Shown here piece after piece: positions 10,663 through 22,815 of a DNA stretch of 64,000 nt (position 1 is the stretch's first letter; each line of letters starts with the position of its first letter). The position numbers were made by a program, and so were the translations under genes. The stretch is from Macrostomum lignano (Eukaryota). Location: assembly GCA_002269645.1 (NCBI GenBank), contig NIVC01001600.1, positions 197,859 through 261,858 on the forward strand. Reading direction: 5' to 3'. The notes under the pieces were generated by a model that made no database searches, was not told where the DNA came from, and was given only the letters and a program-made list of their open reading frames with translations.

Positions 10663-11807
10663 CGGTTCGCAGCGTGGCGCGTTTTCGAGTCGACACCCAC
10701 GCGGCTGCTGACAGGTTTGAGTGCTTGTATATGCGCACCCCACCACGTGCTAAGCGGGACCCGTAGTTGGTGAGCGACTGTTGTTGATGGTTGACTAGGC
10801 TTTAGTCGTCATTGGTTGTACGGTTCCGCGGGGTCGTCTCGTCAGGTTGTCGTTCGGGCAGCGGGTCAAGTTGAGTAGTTGGGCTGCGAATCGGGGCGCC
10901 GTCTGAGCCTCGTTGGGCGCTTAAATAGTTTTGTCCTGGGCACGACAGAAAACTGCAGCCATTGGGCGGTGAATTTCGCCACGGGGATTGGTCCTGGGCA
11001 AGACCATAAACTGCAGCCAATGGGCGATAGTTTTCGCGCGCTGAGTGTTAGTCCGCCACGGGAGCGTGGGTGGAACTTAATTATCGTCGAGGCATCCAAT
11101 TAGAGATAAGCGTCGTGGTTTATTGCGATAAGAATTCCGCTGTGGAGACAGTGAGGGTCGTAGCGCCCACCCTACCTTTTTTAGGAGGGGGGAGGTGCGG
11201 ATAGTTAAATCAGCGAGTAATAAAATTTTGCCAGCCGATAAGGTTCATCGTAGCACGTCGAGAAGGAGTAATTTAATTAATTTGTGTAAAATGCGTCAAC
11301 GCGTTATTTGTTCTTGGTGATGGGTAGCATGCGTTTCTTTTTGTTTCATTATGTTTCAAGTGCGCGAGGTTTTTGCTTTAGTTCTTTGCCGCGGGAAAGT
11401 CGTGCCATAGTTTGCGTAAACGTTGCGTTCTGTCGCGATTTGTTTCGATTTATTTATTGATTTGCTTGTGTTTTGTCTTGTCGCGTATTGAATAGTAACT
11501 TTGCTTATGTATTTGATTGCGTTTTGCCGTGTCATAGAATTGTATTTGTGTTCTTGTTTGCGTTTCATTGTCGTGTCATGTTTCGCATAGTGAATTACGT
11601 TGTGTTCCCATTTGCGTTTTTTTCCCAGTTGCTATAGTTATACCCTTGTTATAGTGCTCTTGTTCTTGAATTTTGAATTTTGCTTTCCGCGAATGCGTTC
11701 CGTGCTGTACTGTACCAACTTGCTTACTAGGAGTAGTATGTCGTGAATATGACGCAAATTTTCATTTGTTGTAAAAGTTTTTTCTTCTTTTGTACTCTAT
11801 TTCTTTT

Positions 11808-11819
11808 AGGAGGGGGGAG
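11808..11819 (+). promoter_or_regulatory. 3' polypurine tract
   Basis: AGGAGGGGGGAG immediately before the TG of the 3' LTR, preceded by a T run. Confidence 0.9.
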
Positions 11820-13007
11820 TGTAGTGTGAGCATCTTTGCGTTTATTTTGTTGTAAATTGACTGCATTAGTTTCTATATTGTTATTGAATTGTTATTTTGC
11901 TTTAGTTTAGTCATGCGTTTTTTGTGTACTTTTTCTTGTTAGTTAGAATCTAAATTTGTAAACAGGTTAGAGTTAGACGCCATCTGTGACTCAGCGGAGG
12001 GTTGAGTTTTGTCTGCGAACCCCAGCTTTGCGCGGTCAGCCAATCAGAACCGGCCTGGACCCTGGCACGCGGCAAGTTTCAGTTCTACCCGGCGCCGCGG
12101 GCACAGTGCAAATCGGCTTAGCAAGCGGCCGGCCAGACGACCACCACCCGGCTTGAGGGGGTTTTGAGGGGTTGACTCTGACTATATATGAAGGTGTGTT
12201 TTGGCAATCGGATCTCACTTTTTTTCCTTCTCTCCTTTTCCCCGGTTTGTCTTGTCCAGTTCCCGGCCGGTGGCCCGACTTTTCCTCCCCTTGTTGGTTC
12301 GCGCTTTGAGGCGTTTTGATTTCATCACCCCCGGTCCATATCTTTGTTCCCGCCCAACCGCAGTAGTCTTGTGGCGTAACGTCTACGGCAAATTCCTGTC
12401 TGAAGTCGTCGCTATCAAGCGCGGTTAGATAGAGACTGTCGGATCTGATCAAGTACGCGGCCTCGACCCCGAGGGCCCCAGTGTTACACTGAAGGGCAGT
12501 GCCGATAGAACTTAGTCGGTACTCCGTTGAACGGTCGGTTCGGCAGGGCTCTCGTTTGAGAGTAGGTTCTGGCTTAGGCCAGGGGTTAGGAGTCTTCTCC
12601 GTGGTCCTGTGTTCGGTGCCTCCTCCTTCTTCTTCAGCTGAGATCCGCTTGTCAGTGCGTGTATAATCATTATTTATTAACCGTTGTTGTCGTTTTGTCA
12701 ACTCTAGTTATCTGCGCCGTTTGCTTGAATCTTGTAACTCAGCTAATCAAATTAAACCGTCAATCAAGTTAGTTATTCTTGAAATAGGATTATCACTCTC
12801 TAAATCTTTCGGTTTGTGTTCCCTCGTGTTCTTTCTTTTCTTGTACTGTACCTGCGGCTATTGGAGAAAGACTGGTAGGACTCGCCGACCGGCGATAGGC
12901 GATTAGGATTAATAGCTTTAAAATCTTCGAACGCTCCAAGTAGGTTTGTCTAGGGCCTAAATAATTGCTCACCGTGCATGCTATTATCTAATTGCCTATT
13001 TATCACA
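11820..13007 (+). repeat. 3' LTR
   Basis: Direct repeat of 1805-2992; the ORF-track translations of both copies are identical. Confidence 0.97.
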
Positions 13008-13839
13008 GCTACAACAAATGCTTTGTTGCAAATATAATTTAACATTTTAAGTTATTTTTTTCTAGGGACAACAAAGGCAAAGCTAACCTTTTGAAAAAAT
13101 AAAAACAATATCAATGAGAATTTTGTTAATTCTTTAGCATATCTAATTTAAAAAATAGTTTATTATATTAGCTTTATATTTTATTCTAGAAATGACTTTT
13201 CATGCTAGAAATTTCCATTTTAAAAAAATACAAAAATAGAGGCCTCTTTGTATCTTGTACATTATAGTTTTTTTAAAAGCCATTTCTATGCAAAAGATAA
13301 CATAGTTTGCTATTACTCTATACCCTATCATCCTAACAAAATATAAGAAGAATGTTTTAGATAATAAACATTTTTTAAGTTTTTTTTTCAAAGATAACTT
13401 GTATTTTTTCTTTTATCTAATATATATTTGCTTTTTATTCTATGTATATATAAGTTATTTTATGTAATAATATTATAAATGTATATAATGTACCCCATGT
13501 AATATACCATTGCATTTAAAAGTTACCTATAAACCTGCAATATTTCATTTGAATTTTCAATGAAAAAAGTATAAATAGTAAAGCAATATATTGTAAAAAT
13601 GGCAAAAAGGTCAATTTTTATAAATATGATAGTTTTTTAGTATACTTTTATTTAGAACTTTAGATAAAAAATTATTTTTAGTTACATTTTTCAACTATAA
13701 TTTAATATTTAAGTATCAAATTGCATAAGTTTAAACTTGAGCAAGATATAACACAAAGTATTAAAATTGAAGTACAAAATTATTCTATTTTTGAACAAGC
13801 TTTTCAAAGCTTTGGCTTATATTGAAAGACATAATGGCT

Positions 13840-14464
13840 GGCAGTAGGCTAGCTTGGAAAAAAGATCAAAATATTTCTAGGCTAGCCTAGGAAAAGATCT
13901 GGCTATCCTGCAGAATCATTGATTTTGTTAAACTCACTGTATATATATTTTTTAGCCATTGATATAAAACTTGCCAAAAATGAGTATTTTCATTATGCCA
14001 ATATTTTGGAAGTGTTTTGGCATTAAAATTCCATTTGTGGGTTTTTTGTCTGGTTTAACAAATGATTCTGCAGGATAGCCAAGGATCTTCTATTTATCTT
14101 TCTTATATAGACCCTATGTTGCCTGGAAAAAGATCATCTTTGACTAAATGAATTAAATATCAAAGTGTCAATGTAGAAAATAAGCAAAACACATATTTGC
14201 TTATGTTTGGTATTCACTTAAAAATGACAAGAAGTTTAAATTGAATTTTTTCTCCCAATTTAAATTACATGAATTATAAATTTATAAACTTCTTGTTTTT
14301 TATTATATCATATTATATATATAATATTATATATATTATAATTTATTTATAAATTGAATTATATAATTTGAATGAATGTATATAAGCAAGATCAACAGAA
14401 TATCTTTTCCCAGGCTAGCCTGGAGATATTTTGATCTTTTTTTCCAGGCTAGCCTACTACTGCC
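13840..14464. mobile_element. Foldback/MITE-like element with nested inverted repeats
   Basis: Outer imperfect IR of about 60 bp (13840-13898 / 14402-14464); inner IR 13901-13933 / 14053-14080; palindromic sub-motif AGGCTAGCCT recurs in the arms. No clear TSD. Confidence 0.55.
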
Positions 14465-15891
14465 GTAGGGTGCACCATTGAAAAGAAAAAATGTTTGTAC
14501 TTACACGACATTGTGCTCTAGATCAGCCAAAAGTAAGTGTACTTTTGGAACTCTAGCAGCACTGAAGGCGTCGAACAATGAATACCGGAGTCTCTATATG
14601 ACTATTTTGTCGGACTATAGAAAAACTTTAGTACAGATTAAGTTTAGTTATATAGCTAATGCGTACAATACAAACAAACGAACGAAACATGAGACCATGA
14701 GTTAAAAAGCTTTCGTTCAAATCTGTTAAATTAGCGCTAAACAAAAGTCACACCACTTTTATAACATTAAAACAAACTTATGATTAGAAGAATCTTTAAA
14801 ATAAAGCAGATTGTAGATAAGTCAGTTCAAAGACAAACAAAGTAAATATTTATACTACAACTGGGTCAGTTTACATTTTAACTATATTTCATTTGTCGCA
14901 GTGATCACGCGATTTTCCTGACCAATTGTTTCGACTAACTAGGCCAAGGGCCAAGAAATTTGTTGAGGGAGCGGATTCTGAAGGGTTAAAACCGGGGGGC
15001 GGAGAGGGTGCGGCTCTGTATTTTGGCGAAAATTCGCTTGGTCCTTCCTCCCTTTGATTTTTTTCTGGTCTCCGCCTAAGAGGGGGGTGACCACCCTCCA
15101 CCCCCCCTAGTTGCGCCACTGGGCAAACTACGTCTTATGCTAATCAGTGGCTCGATCCACCGACGACAAATAAGGCCAAATTTCATGTTATCACCTAACT
15201 TATAACATCAAATATTCCTTTCGGTCGTGCGATTTGATTGAACAAGTGTGAATGGAGCCAATTAAAGCCAAAAATCATGTCAATACATGTCATTTTAATC
15301 GGCGGATGACTGGATCTAAATGGGCAATTTTCACATTTTCAAGGGGCAATTTTTAATTGCACTTTAGAATGCTATCAATAATAAAGGTATAGGCTTTCAT
15401 GTTTTTAATTCAGATCCAATTCCGCCTGTCGATCGTGCCCGGCCTCGATCCTGCTTGTACACTGTAATCGGTGCGGTGGAACTCTACGCCGATTCGTTGA
15501 CTTAAAAGTCTGAACGGCAAAACAGATCGTTTGAAAGTGCTTCAGGCTTATAGTTCGACCAGCAGGTCCTAATCGACAATTAACAAGCGTTATTCGAACG
15601 CTAAAGAACAATTACTGTTACGTGTACAAATGCAAATTTTACGAGGCAATAATTGCATGCACTTGTACATTAATGTACATGTATTCGGCAGTAAATCTTT
15701 GACATTTAGTTTGTTTTCGGGATGTTCAATATTATATTCTTTTATAACTTAAATATGGATGGGCACAAGCTGGAGACGCATTTAAGTGGAGAAGATGTTT
15801 GTAAAGTACAAACATCTGTTTCTCAGGTTGTGAAGTTCATTCTTCCAGTTTCATTGAAATTCAAACAGCGCCGCTAGAGTTGACTCGTCGA

Positions 15892-17823
15892 TCAGCCGCA
15901 GCTGGTTGATGCGAACCTGACGGACACGAAGCCCTGATCGCCAGTGCAGCTGCTGCTGGAGACGCAGCCGTCCAGGCAGAAGGAGCCACCGCCGCCGCCG
16001 ATGTGACTGCGGCCGACACCCGCGCCGCCGCCACTGAAGCCTCCGCCTCCGCCAGCAGCGCCTTTGATCGAGCCGCGCATGCAGCCGCAGCCGCCGCCGC
16101 CGCCGAAGCCGCCGTGGCAGGCGCTGCCACCACCGGCGCTGCCGCCGACCCAGCCTTGGGCCCGACTGCCGCCTCGTTCGCCATCCCAGGAGCTCCGCCT
16201 AGGGTTGACTGCCCTGCCAAGCCAGCCGGCGCCGCAGCCTCCGTGGTCAGAGTTTGATGGGGTGCCACTCGGATTGTTGGAGCCCGGCTGGCCGTTGATG
16301 CCGCCGAAGCCTTTGTTGTTCTCAGCTCCGATGCTGTCCGAGCCGTTAGTTCCCACTTGTCCTGGCCTTCCTGCAGTTTTTTGTATTACTATCGTACAGA
16401 GAACTATTATAGCACGATGCACAATAGTTACGGAAACTTAATGCCCTGTAGAAACCACAATTAGTTATACCGACATATCAATATCAAACTATAATACGGT
16501 TTTGGAAAGTTTTTATCAGACAGTCCAGTTTTTACCGAAAATATATACATTACGGAGATAAGAGCTGCATGTTTTCATGCTATCAGCACAAAATTTATTA
16601 ATGCTTTGAATGGCAGGCAGATCCAATTTTCATCTTATTATTGATATGTCTTGCCTTTCTTTTGTATAGCTCTATTGATATTCTTAGAGCCTTTTGTTTA
16701 CGTCCTGTGCCTAAACATCATAAAAAATGGCACAACTTGATTCATTAATTTTATGAATCTTTTTTATCATGCTTTGCTCATTGACAGTAACGAAATGAAT
16801 TTTTTTTAAGCTGCAGTTATTAAGCATTCAAACAAATGGGACAGGCTTTTAAATAAATATGGCTTATTGGACTAATTTATCAAAAAAACCTGCCTCCTTA
16901 AAAGTTCGAGAAACATTCTTGCTCACCATCGTGTCCTATACCGGCGCCACCGCCCCCGCCGGCAGCCAGCAGCAGCAGCTGGTCGTTCGTCCGGTACACG
17001 AAGCTGCCGCCGCCTCCGCCGCCTCCTTCGCTGCTCAGGGAGGTCGAGCCGCCTGTCTGGCCCACAACGATGCTCAGCTGGGTGCCGGCCGTCAGGTTGA
17101 CTCTGGCGCTCACCTGGGCTCCGGGGCCTCCGAAGTTCATCAGGGCGTTGTTGCCTCCTCTGGCACCGGCTGCCTCAATGAGGTAGCAGCCGCTAGCGGG
17201 AGCCGTGAAGGTTTCGATCGATCCGTTTCTGCCCGAGCTGCTGTCTGTGGGAGTTTATGATGAAGCTTTGACTGCAACAATTGTCGCACAGACATTTTCA
17301 AACAATTCCATATCTCGTGACTCACTTCTCAGCAGCACTTCAGCTGACGTCAAACTCATAAGGTTTTGGTCAAACTCTTCCGCTTTCCACAAAGTCACAG
17401 CGCTATCGTCGGGCGAGCCGAGCTGTATCGTCACGTGACTTCCGTTTGGACCGGCGGGCTGCCCCAATGACTCATTGTTGATGCTGACTGTCCGACAGAC
17501 TCTGGCGGTCTTGTTCAGCTCGACGACAGCGCAGCCTCTGAGCTGGCACAGCAGCAGGCAATGACTTTCCTGAGCGACATCGTTATTGACGAACAAGCTG
17601 ATCACAGAATCAATCAGCTCAACGGAGCTGCTGGTGACGAATCGATTGAAGCGTTTGACGCTCAGAACGTTTTTCACTGAAATTCGAGCGAGTATAAAAA
17701 GCAGTTCACACATGCACATCCGCATGCACTCTCGTAGGAGTAGCAGGGGAGGCACGAAGCAACTAGACCGTACTCACCGCTTACTTGAATAAGCACAATG
17801 GCGAAAATTACCCAGAATTTCAT
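15892..17823 (-). CDS. Secreted protein, about 397 aa: signal peptide, PAN/apple-like domain, ALK/LTK-type glycine-rich domain
   Basis: GT-AG exons, all phase 1: 17823-17778 (MKFWVIFAIVLIQVS), 17676-17326 (CLLLCQLRGCAVVELNKTARVC), 17244-16927 (FTAPASGCYLIEAAGARGG...LSIVVGQ...GGGGSFV...LLAAGGGGG), 16370-15892 (GGFGGGG...GGGGGFSGG...GGGGSF...GFVSV). No TM helix or kinase. Confidence 0.8.
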
Positions 17824-18536
17824 AGTCTACGACAAGATTGTAAGCTTTTAGCCTGTTAATGCTATTCAGATTGATGGTGTGCGGGGAAATGGGAAGCAGG
17901 TATATAGATCTGCTTTATACAATTTATACCGTTTGGAGCGCAAGCTGCAGCCAATCCGTGATGAAGGACGGAAGCTGGGAGATAGGAGCTCTCAGTCTCA
18001 GCTGTCGCCACCCTGTAAGTCTAACAAAGAAGCTAGCTCCATCTCAAACCGCCCCCTAAAAAAAATTTCGGCTGCCACATCTAGTCTTCATCACATGCCA
18101 CCGCCTGCTGAGTAGTGATTCTCATTTTACTTCAGTAGTTAGTAACTGACGGGTTAGCGGGTTGAAGAAAACTGCAGAGCTGGATGCATGTAGAAGCAAA
18201 TTATTGCTTCTTTTGGTTTTCTGCTTTTAATGAGAGCCACCCATACCGGCTATACGGGCTAACAACTAGAGTATAAAATATGCGTTTGCATAGCCATTTG
18301 AGAACAATAGCGTATGACGCATGTCAAGACGATGAACAATGCTTCAATTCTACTATTTGCTGTCGCCCTATGATGTTCGCACTTTGCAGCTCTCGCAGGA
18401 AAACCGGCGGGAAGTACCCAATTTGTCGCATGGTAGAGAAAGGAAGGCACTTGCATGTCTTTCGTGACTAAGATAGATCAATTATGCATACCACGTGGCT
18501 GCCGCAGACATTACTTAGTCGCCATGCACCCGATGC

Positions 18537-19090
<554 letters not shown>

Positions 19091-19546
19091 ACGAAGCTCT
19101 GAGACGATTCATGATTACTAGTCATTTCAGCGTATTAGAATATAGGCAAAAGAATCGATCCTTTTTACTGGTGGTTCACTCTTGATCAGCCCATTTTGCA
19201 TACTTCAACCCTACCTACACCAAACCCCAACCCTCCCCCCACTGACGACTCTTCAAAGCAGCTGCAGAGGCAGATCTGCCTATTGTGCCTTCTTCAGTCC
19301 GAATCGCTATTGTGTGGCGCCAAAGCCTTTGAGACCCCACTGCGCCACTGCTCTTCCTAAATGGTTGCTGCTGCAGCTCCAACTAATAGCTTTAGGTATA
19401 CAGTATCTTCTGCGAATACCAATGCCTCCCTTCCCCCTTGAGTCGCCTTGCCCATTCGAACAAGGAGTTGAGCCCAGGGAAAAAGCTGCTGGTAATTATG
19501 GCTGGGAGAAACCTGTTTCCGCGTGGGGTGGTCAACGCCGTGTCGA

Positions 19547-19575
19547 TCTAGGCTATATAATCTACCAGCATAGCT
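19547..19575 (+). promoter_or_regulatory. TATA-box cassette upstream of the micro-exon gene
   Basis: TCTAGGCTATATAATCTACC about 100 bp before the ATG at 19654; repeated near 25427-25446. Confidence 0.55.
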
Positions 19576-19653
19576 CCCTCCGCTTCCTCGCTCACTTGTC
19601 AAAAATTGAAGACTGAATTTTGAACTTGAGTTAAGCTTTCTACACACGAGGCG

Positions 19654-21098
19654 ATGTCTATCCTGAGCAAAGCTACTCTCGGAGCCGTCTTGTTGGGTCT
19701 GGTGCTGTGCTGCAGCGTTAGCGCCATCCCAGTATACAAACCCAGATGTAAGTTAACACGCCTCGACTTATTGTTGACTGAAACTGACCTTTGGAATAAA
19801 TGAATTTTTATAACCCGCAGTTGCTGACTCCGGCAGTTCCGGTTCCGGAAGCTCCGAGCCTCCAATGCCTCCTCCGATGCCAACTGGTGAGGCTCCGGGT
19901 GAGTGGCTCAGAAATTTGACAGTATTCTTCCTAGCTATAAAGATGCATATAAGTGATTTGACAATTAATTGACGCCTTCTTTACAGCCAGCGAAGCCCCA
20001 CCACCGTTCATCCCAGGCGTCGGAATCCGTGAGTTTCTTTGGAGCTAAGTTTTATAGTTGCTCCTAAACAATCAAGTGTTCTAAAACGTTATAAAGTTAT
20101 TTTGACAATTATATTTATTGACTTATTATACTTGCAGCCAGCGACGAGCCGCCAACTTATTCCCCAGACATCGGAATCGGTAAGTCTTTCGAAGCTGATA
20201 TTCTTAGCTGTTCCTTTACAATCATGCGTTTTTAACATGCAAAGCTGTTTTGACGATTGGACCTAATTACTACTTAATTACAGCTAGCAATGCGCCGCCA
20301 CCGTTCATCCCAGGCGTCAGAATCCGTGAGTTTCTTTAGAGCTGAGGTTCACAGTTTTTTCCTGAACAATCAAGTGTTCTAAAACGTTATGAAAGTATCT
20401 TACTAGTTGTGAAGTTTGCTAACTGTAATATGTTTTTGACAATTGCATTGATTGACTTGCTTACAGCCAGCGAAGAGCCGCCAACTTCTTTCCCAGGATT
20501 CGGAAGTCGTAAGTTTATCGGAACTGATTTTTGAAGTTGTTACTGAACAATAAAGTGTTCTAACATGTTTTTAACACGTTAGTTTTTGACAATTGCATTG
20601 ATTAACTTGCTTACAGCCAGCGAAGAGCCGCCAACTTCTTTCCCAGGATTCGGAAGTCGTAAGTTTATCGGAACTGATTTTTGAAGTTGTTACTGAACAA
20701 TAAAGTGTTTAGCACATGTTTTCAACACGTTAGTTTTTGACAATTGGATTTATTGACTACATTCTTACAGCAAGCGAAGAGCCGCCAACTTCTATCCCTG
20801 TTGTGCCGTACGGAGGAAATGGTGAGTTTCTAAGAGCAAACCACGAGTATGAAAGGTTTCTGACATTCATGCTGGATTGAATCCGAACTTCGAGGCCTAT
20901 CAAGCGTAGATAATCCGTTTCCACCGAATTCACATTGCCAAATAATCCGCAGCCATGAACGAAGAGCCGACTTCTCCGCCAGGTGCTGGATTTGGAAGTA
21001 AGTGCTAAAGCAGTTAATTTTATATATGATAGACAGCAACAGACTTTGTGCATGACACTCCGTTATCCGCAGCTCCACTGCCGGTAGTCCGCGGCTGA
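19654..21098 (+). CDS. Secreted Pro-rich micro-exon protein, 10 exons, about 167 aa
   Basis: Exons 19654-19747 (signal peptide MSILSKATLGAVLLGLVLCCSVSA), 19821-19898, 19987-20028, 20138-20179, 20284-20325, 20467-20508, 20617-20658, 20771-20821, 20953-20997, 21073-21098. All introns GT-AG, all phase 1; internal exons 78, 42 (x5), 51 and 45 nt; continuous frame ending TPLPVVRG*. Confidence 0.85.
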
Positions 21099-22700
21099 AG
21101 GCCTGACCTGGCAGAACCTGTCGCAGCGATTGTGAAGCTTGACGCGACACCGAATGAAGACAACAATTTCTAAGACGAGAATTAAGCAACTCTCAAAATA
21201 AAGACATTTAACTACCTAACCATTTTGGAAGTTTTTTTTCATTTTCCTTTTGCCTAAGTGCATGTTTATCCACACACCTCTTGTCAGTTCCTTTTTGAGA
21301 AGCGGTGGAAAGTTGAATAATATAAAAGTGACATTTATCGGTTGAGAAGACAATAAAAAATTCTTGAAACCCAAGACTGTTTATCATGGACAACTGAAGT
21401 ATCATATTCAAGGATGCTAGAAGTTATCTAGCAAAAGAATTGTGGGGTGAGTTCACTAATTCAAAAGTAGCCATCCCTCTACTGAAGTTGTCCACGCTCT
21501 TTATCTTTATTCTCATTTATCTTGGTTGTTTCATCTGAGCAAAGTTAATAAAATGACAGCTAGCCTTTTGATTTTTGTTCGGAAATTTCATTTGAAACTG
21601 CGTTAGATGCATTGAATGGGACGTAGCACCGTCCGTCGCAGAGGTCAAACGTACATGCATGGTAACTGCAGTACCACTAAAGCTCAAAATGGAGTTGAAA
21701 CCGTTTTGCGTGGCTTAACAATGGAGTTTACTTCATTACGCTCGTAAAAACGCTTGTGCATACACAATCAAACTTCAACAACAGTTGTACACAAATGCTG
21801 TTATGAACAAACAGTATTGTCTCGTTTTACAAATTTGCTACGATAAAACAAAGGCAAAATCGACTGACAGCAATGTGGATTTTCAATAGATACTGGCCAT
21901 TGAGCATTGACGCATTGGTTGATTTACTGATCTATCAGTGAACTTCAAGTCTCCATGCCATGTCTATTTAAGGCTTTTTAGCTTATCTACCAGCCTTAGT
22001 TTATATAGTTTATATTGTAAAACACCTTCCTAGAGCTCCAGGTCGTCACCAAAATATCACAGGAATCAGAAGGACAATTGATAGCTGGAACCGCGGATGA
22101 CGGTGCATTGGAATACAGGTGTATGTGCACTACTGAATCAATAAAAAATACCTTTAAAAATGCATTTCAAGAATGTTGATTTGTATCGAGGTGATAGTTT
22201 GACATTCTCTAGTCTTGCTATTCCAAAAATCATCTCCTTTAGTTTCTTTTGAGAAAGTTTAGATACAGGCTTCGCATTTACATGCCAGATGTAATTAGTC
22301 AAAATTTGAGCTCGGTATTACATACATTGAGAGGCATGCGATGATCGTATTAGAGCAAAGAGGCAATGCAATTGCTTGGACGATATTCAAAATAGGACTA
22401 TTCAATAAGGACTGCTCTAACTTAAAAGTCGATTATTTGCAATTTTACTCTGCTCGCTGCTCTCAATAAAAATGATCAATATCATTTTTGGGGAGTTGCT
22501 CTGCTTTCTATAGCCTCCGTAAGTTCTCTACACCATTTTAATGTGCAGCCAGCTAAGAGTATCGACCAGGAGCTTCTGCGCATGCACGCCATGCATGATT
22601 CGATATGCTGTCTTGTCTTCGCCAGCACGAGGCTTCCTCATGCTGCTACTTTAAGAGCCACATTCAAGAGTCGCACCACCCCAACACTTCCAACTCTAAC
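21060..22700 (+). repeat. Segmental duplication, copy 1 (paralog at about 26288-27695)
   Basis: Colinear shared blocks, e.g. CGTTATCCGCAGCTCCACTGCCGG, GTTCCTTTTTGAGA, CCGCGGATGACGGTGCATTGGAATACAGGTGTATG, AGAGCCACATTCAAGAG. Confidence 0.9.
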
Positions 22701-22748
22701 AATCACAACTCCTGCTGGTAGTTTAAACTCACTTCGTATTGATCCATA

Positions 22749-22756
22749 CACACACA

Positions 22757-22814
<58 letters not shown>
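22749..22814. repeat. Compound (CA)n(GA)n microsatellite
   Basis: Read directly from the sequence. Confidence 0.95.

Positions 22815-22815
<1 letters not shown>

Larger units (their letters stand above)
1805..13007 (+). mobile_element. Full-length Ty3/gypsy (Metaviridae) LTR retrotransposon, 11,203 bp
   Basis: Two direct 1188 bp LTRs offset by 10,015 bp, each TG...CA. TSD GCTA at 1801-1804 and 13008-13011. Domain order gag, PR, RT, RH, IN. Polypurine tract abuts the 3' LTR. Confidence 0.97.

Noticed and set aside
14890-15122. Possible hAT-type MITE (CAGTGGCGCAACTAGGGGG on the minus strand at the right end)
   Set aside because: Only a 5 bp match (CAGTG) at the other end and no TSD.
19980-20830. 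CRISPR-like repeat-spacer appearance
   Set aside because: The repeats are duplicated exons bounded by AG and GT in a eukaryotic gene; no cas genes.
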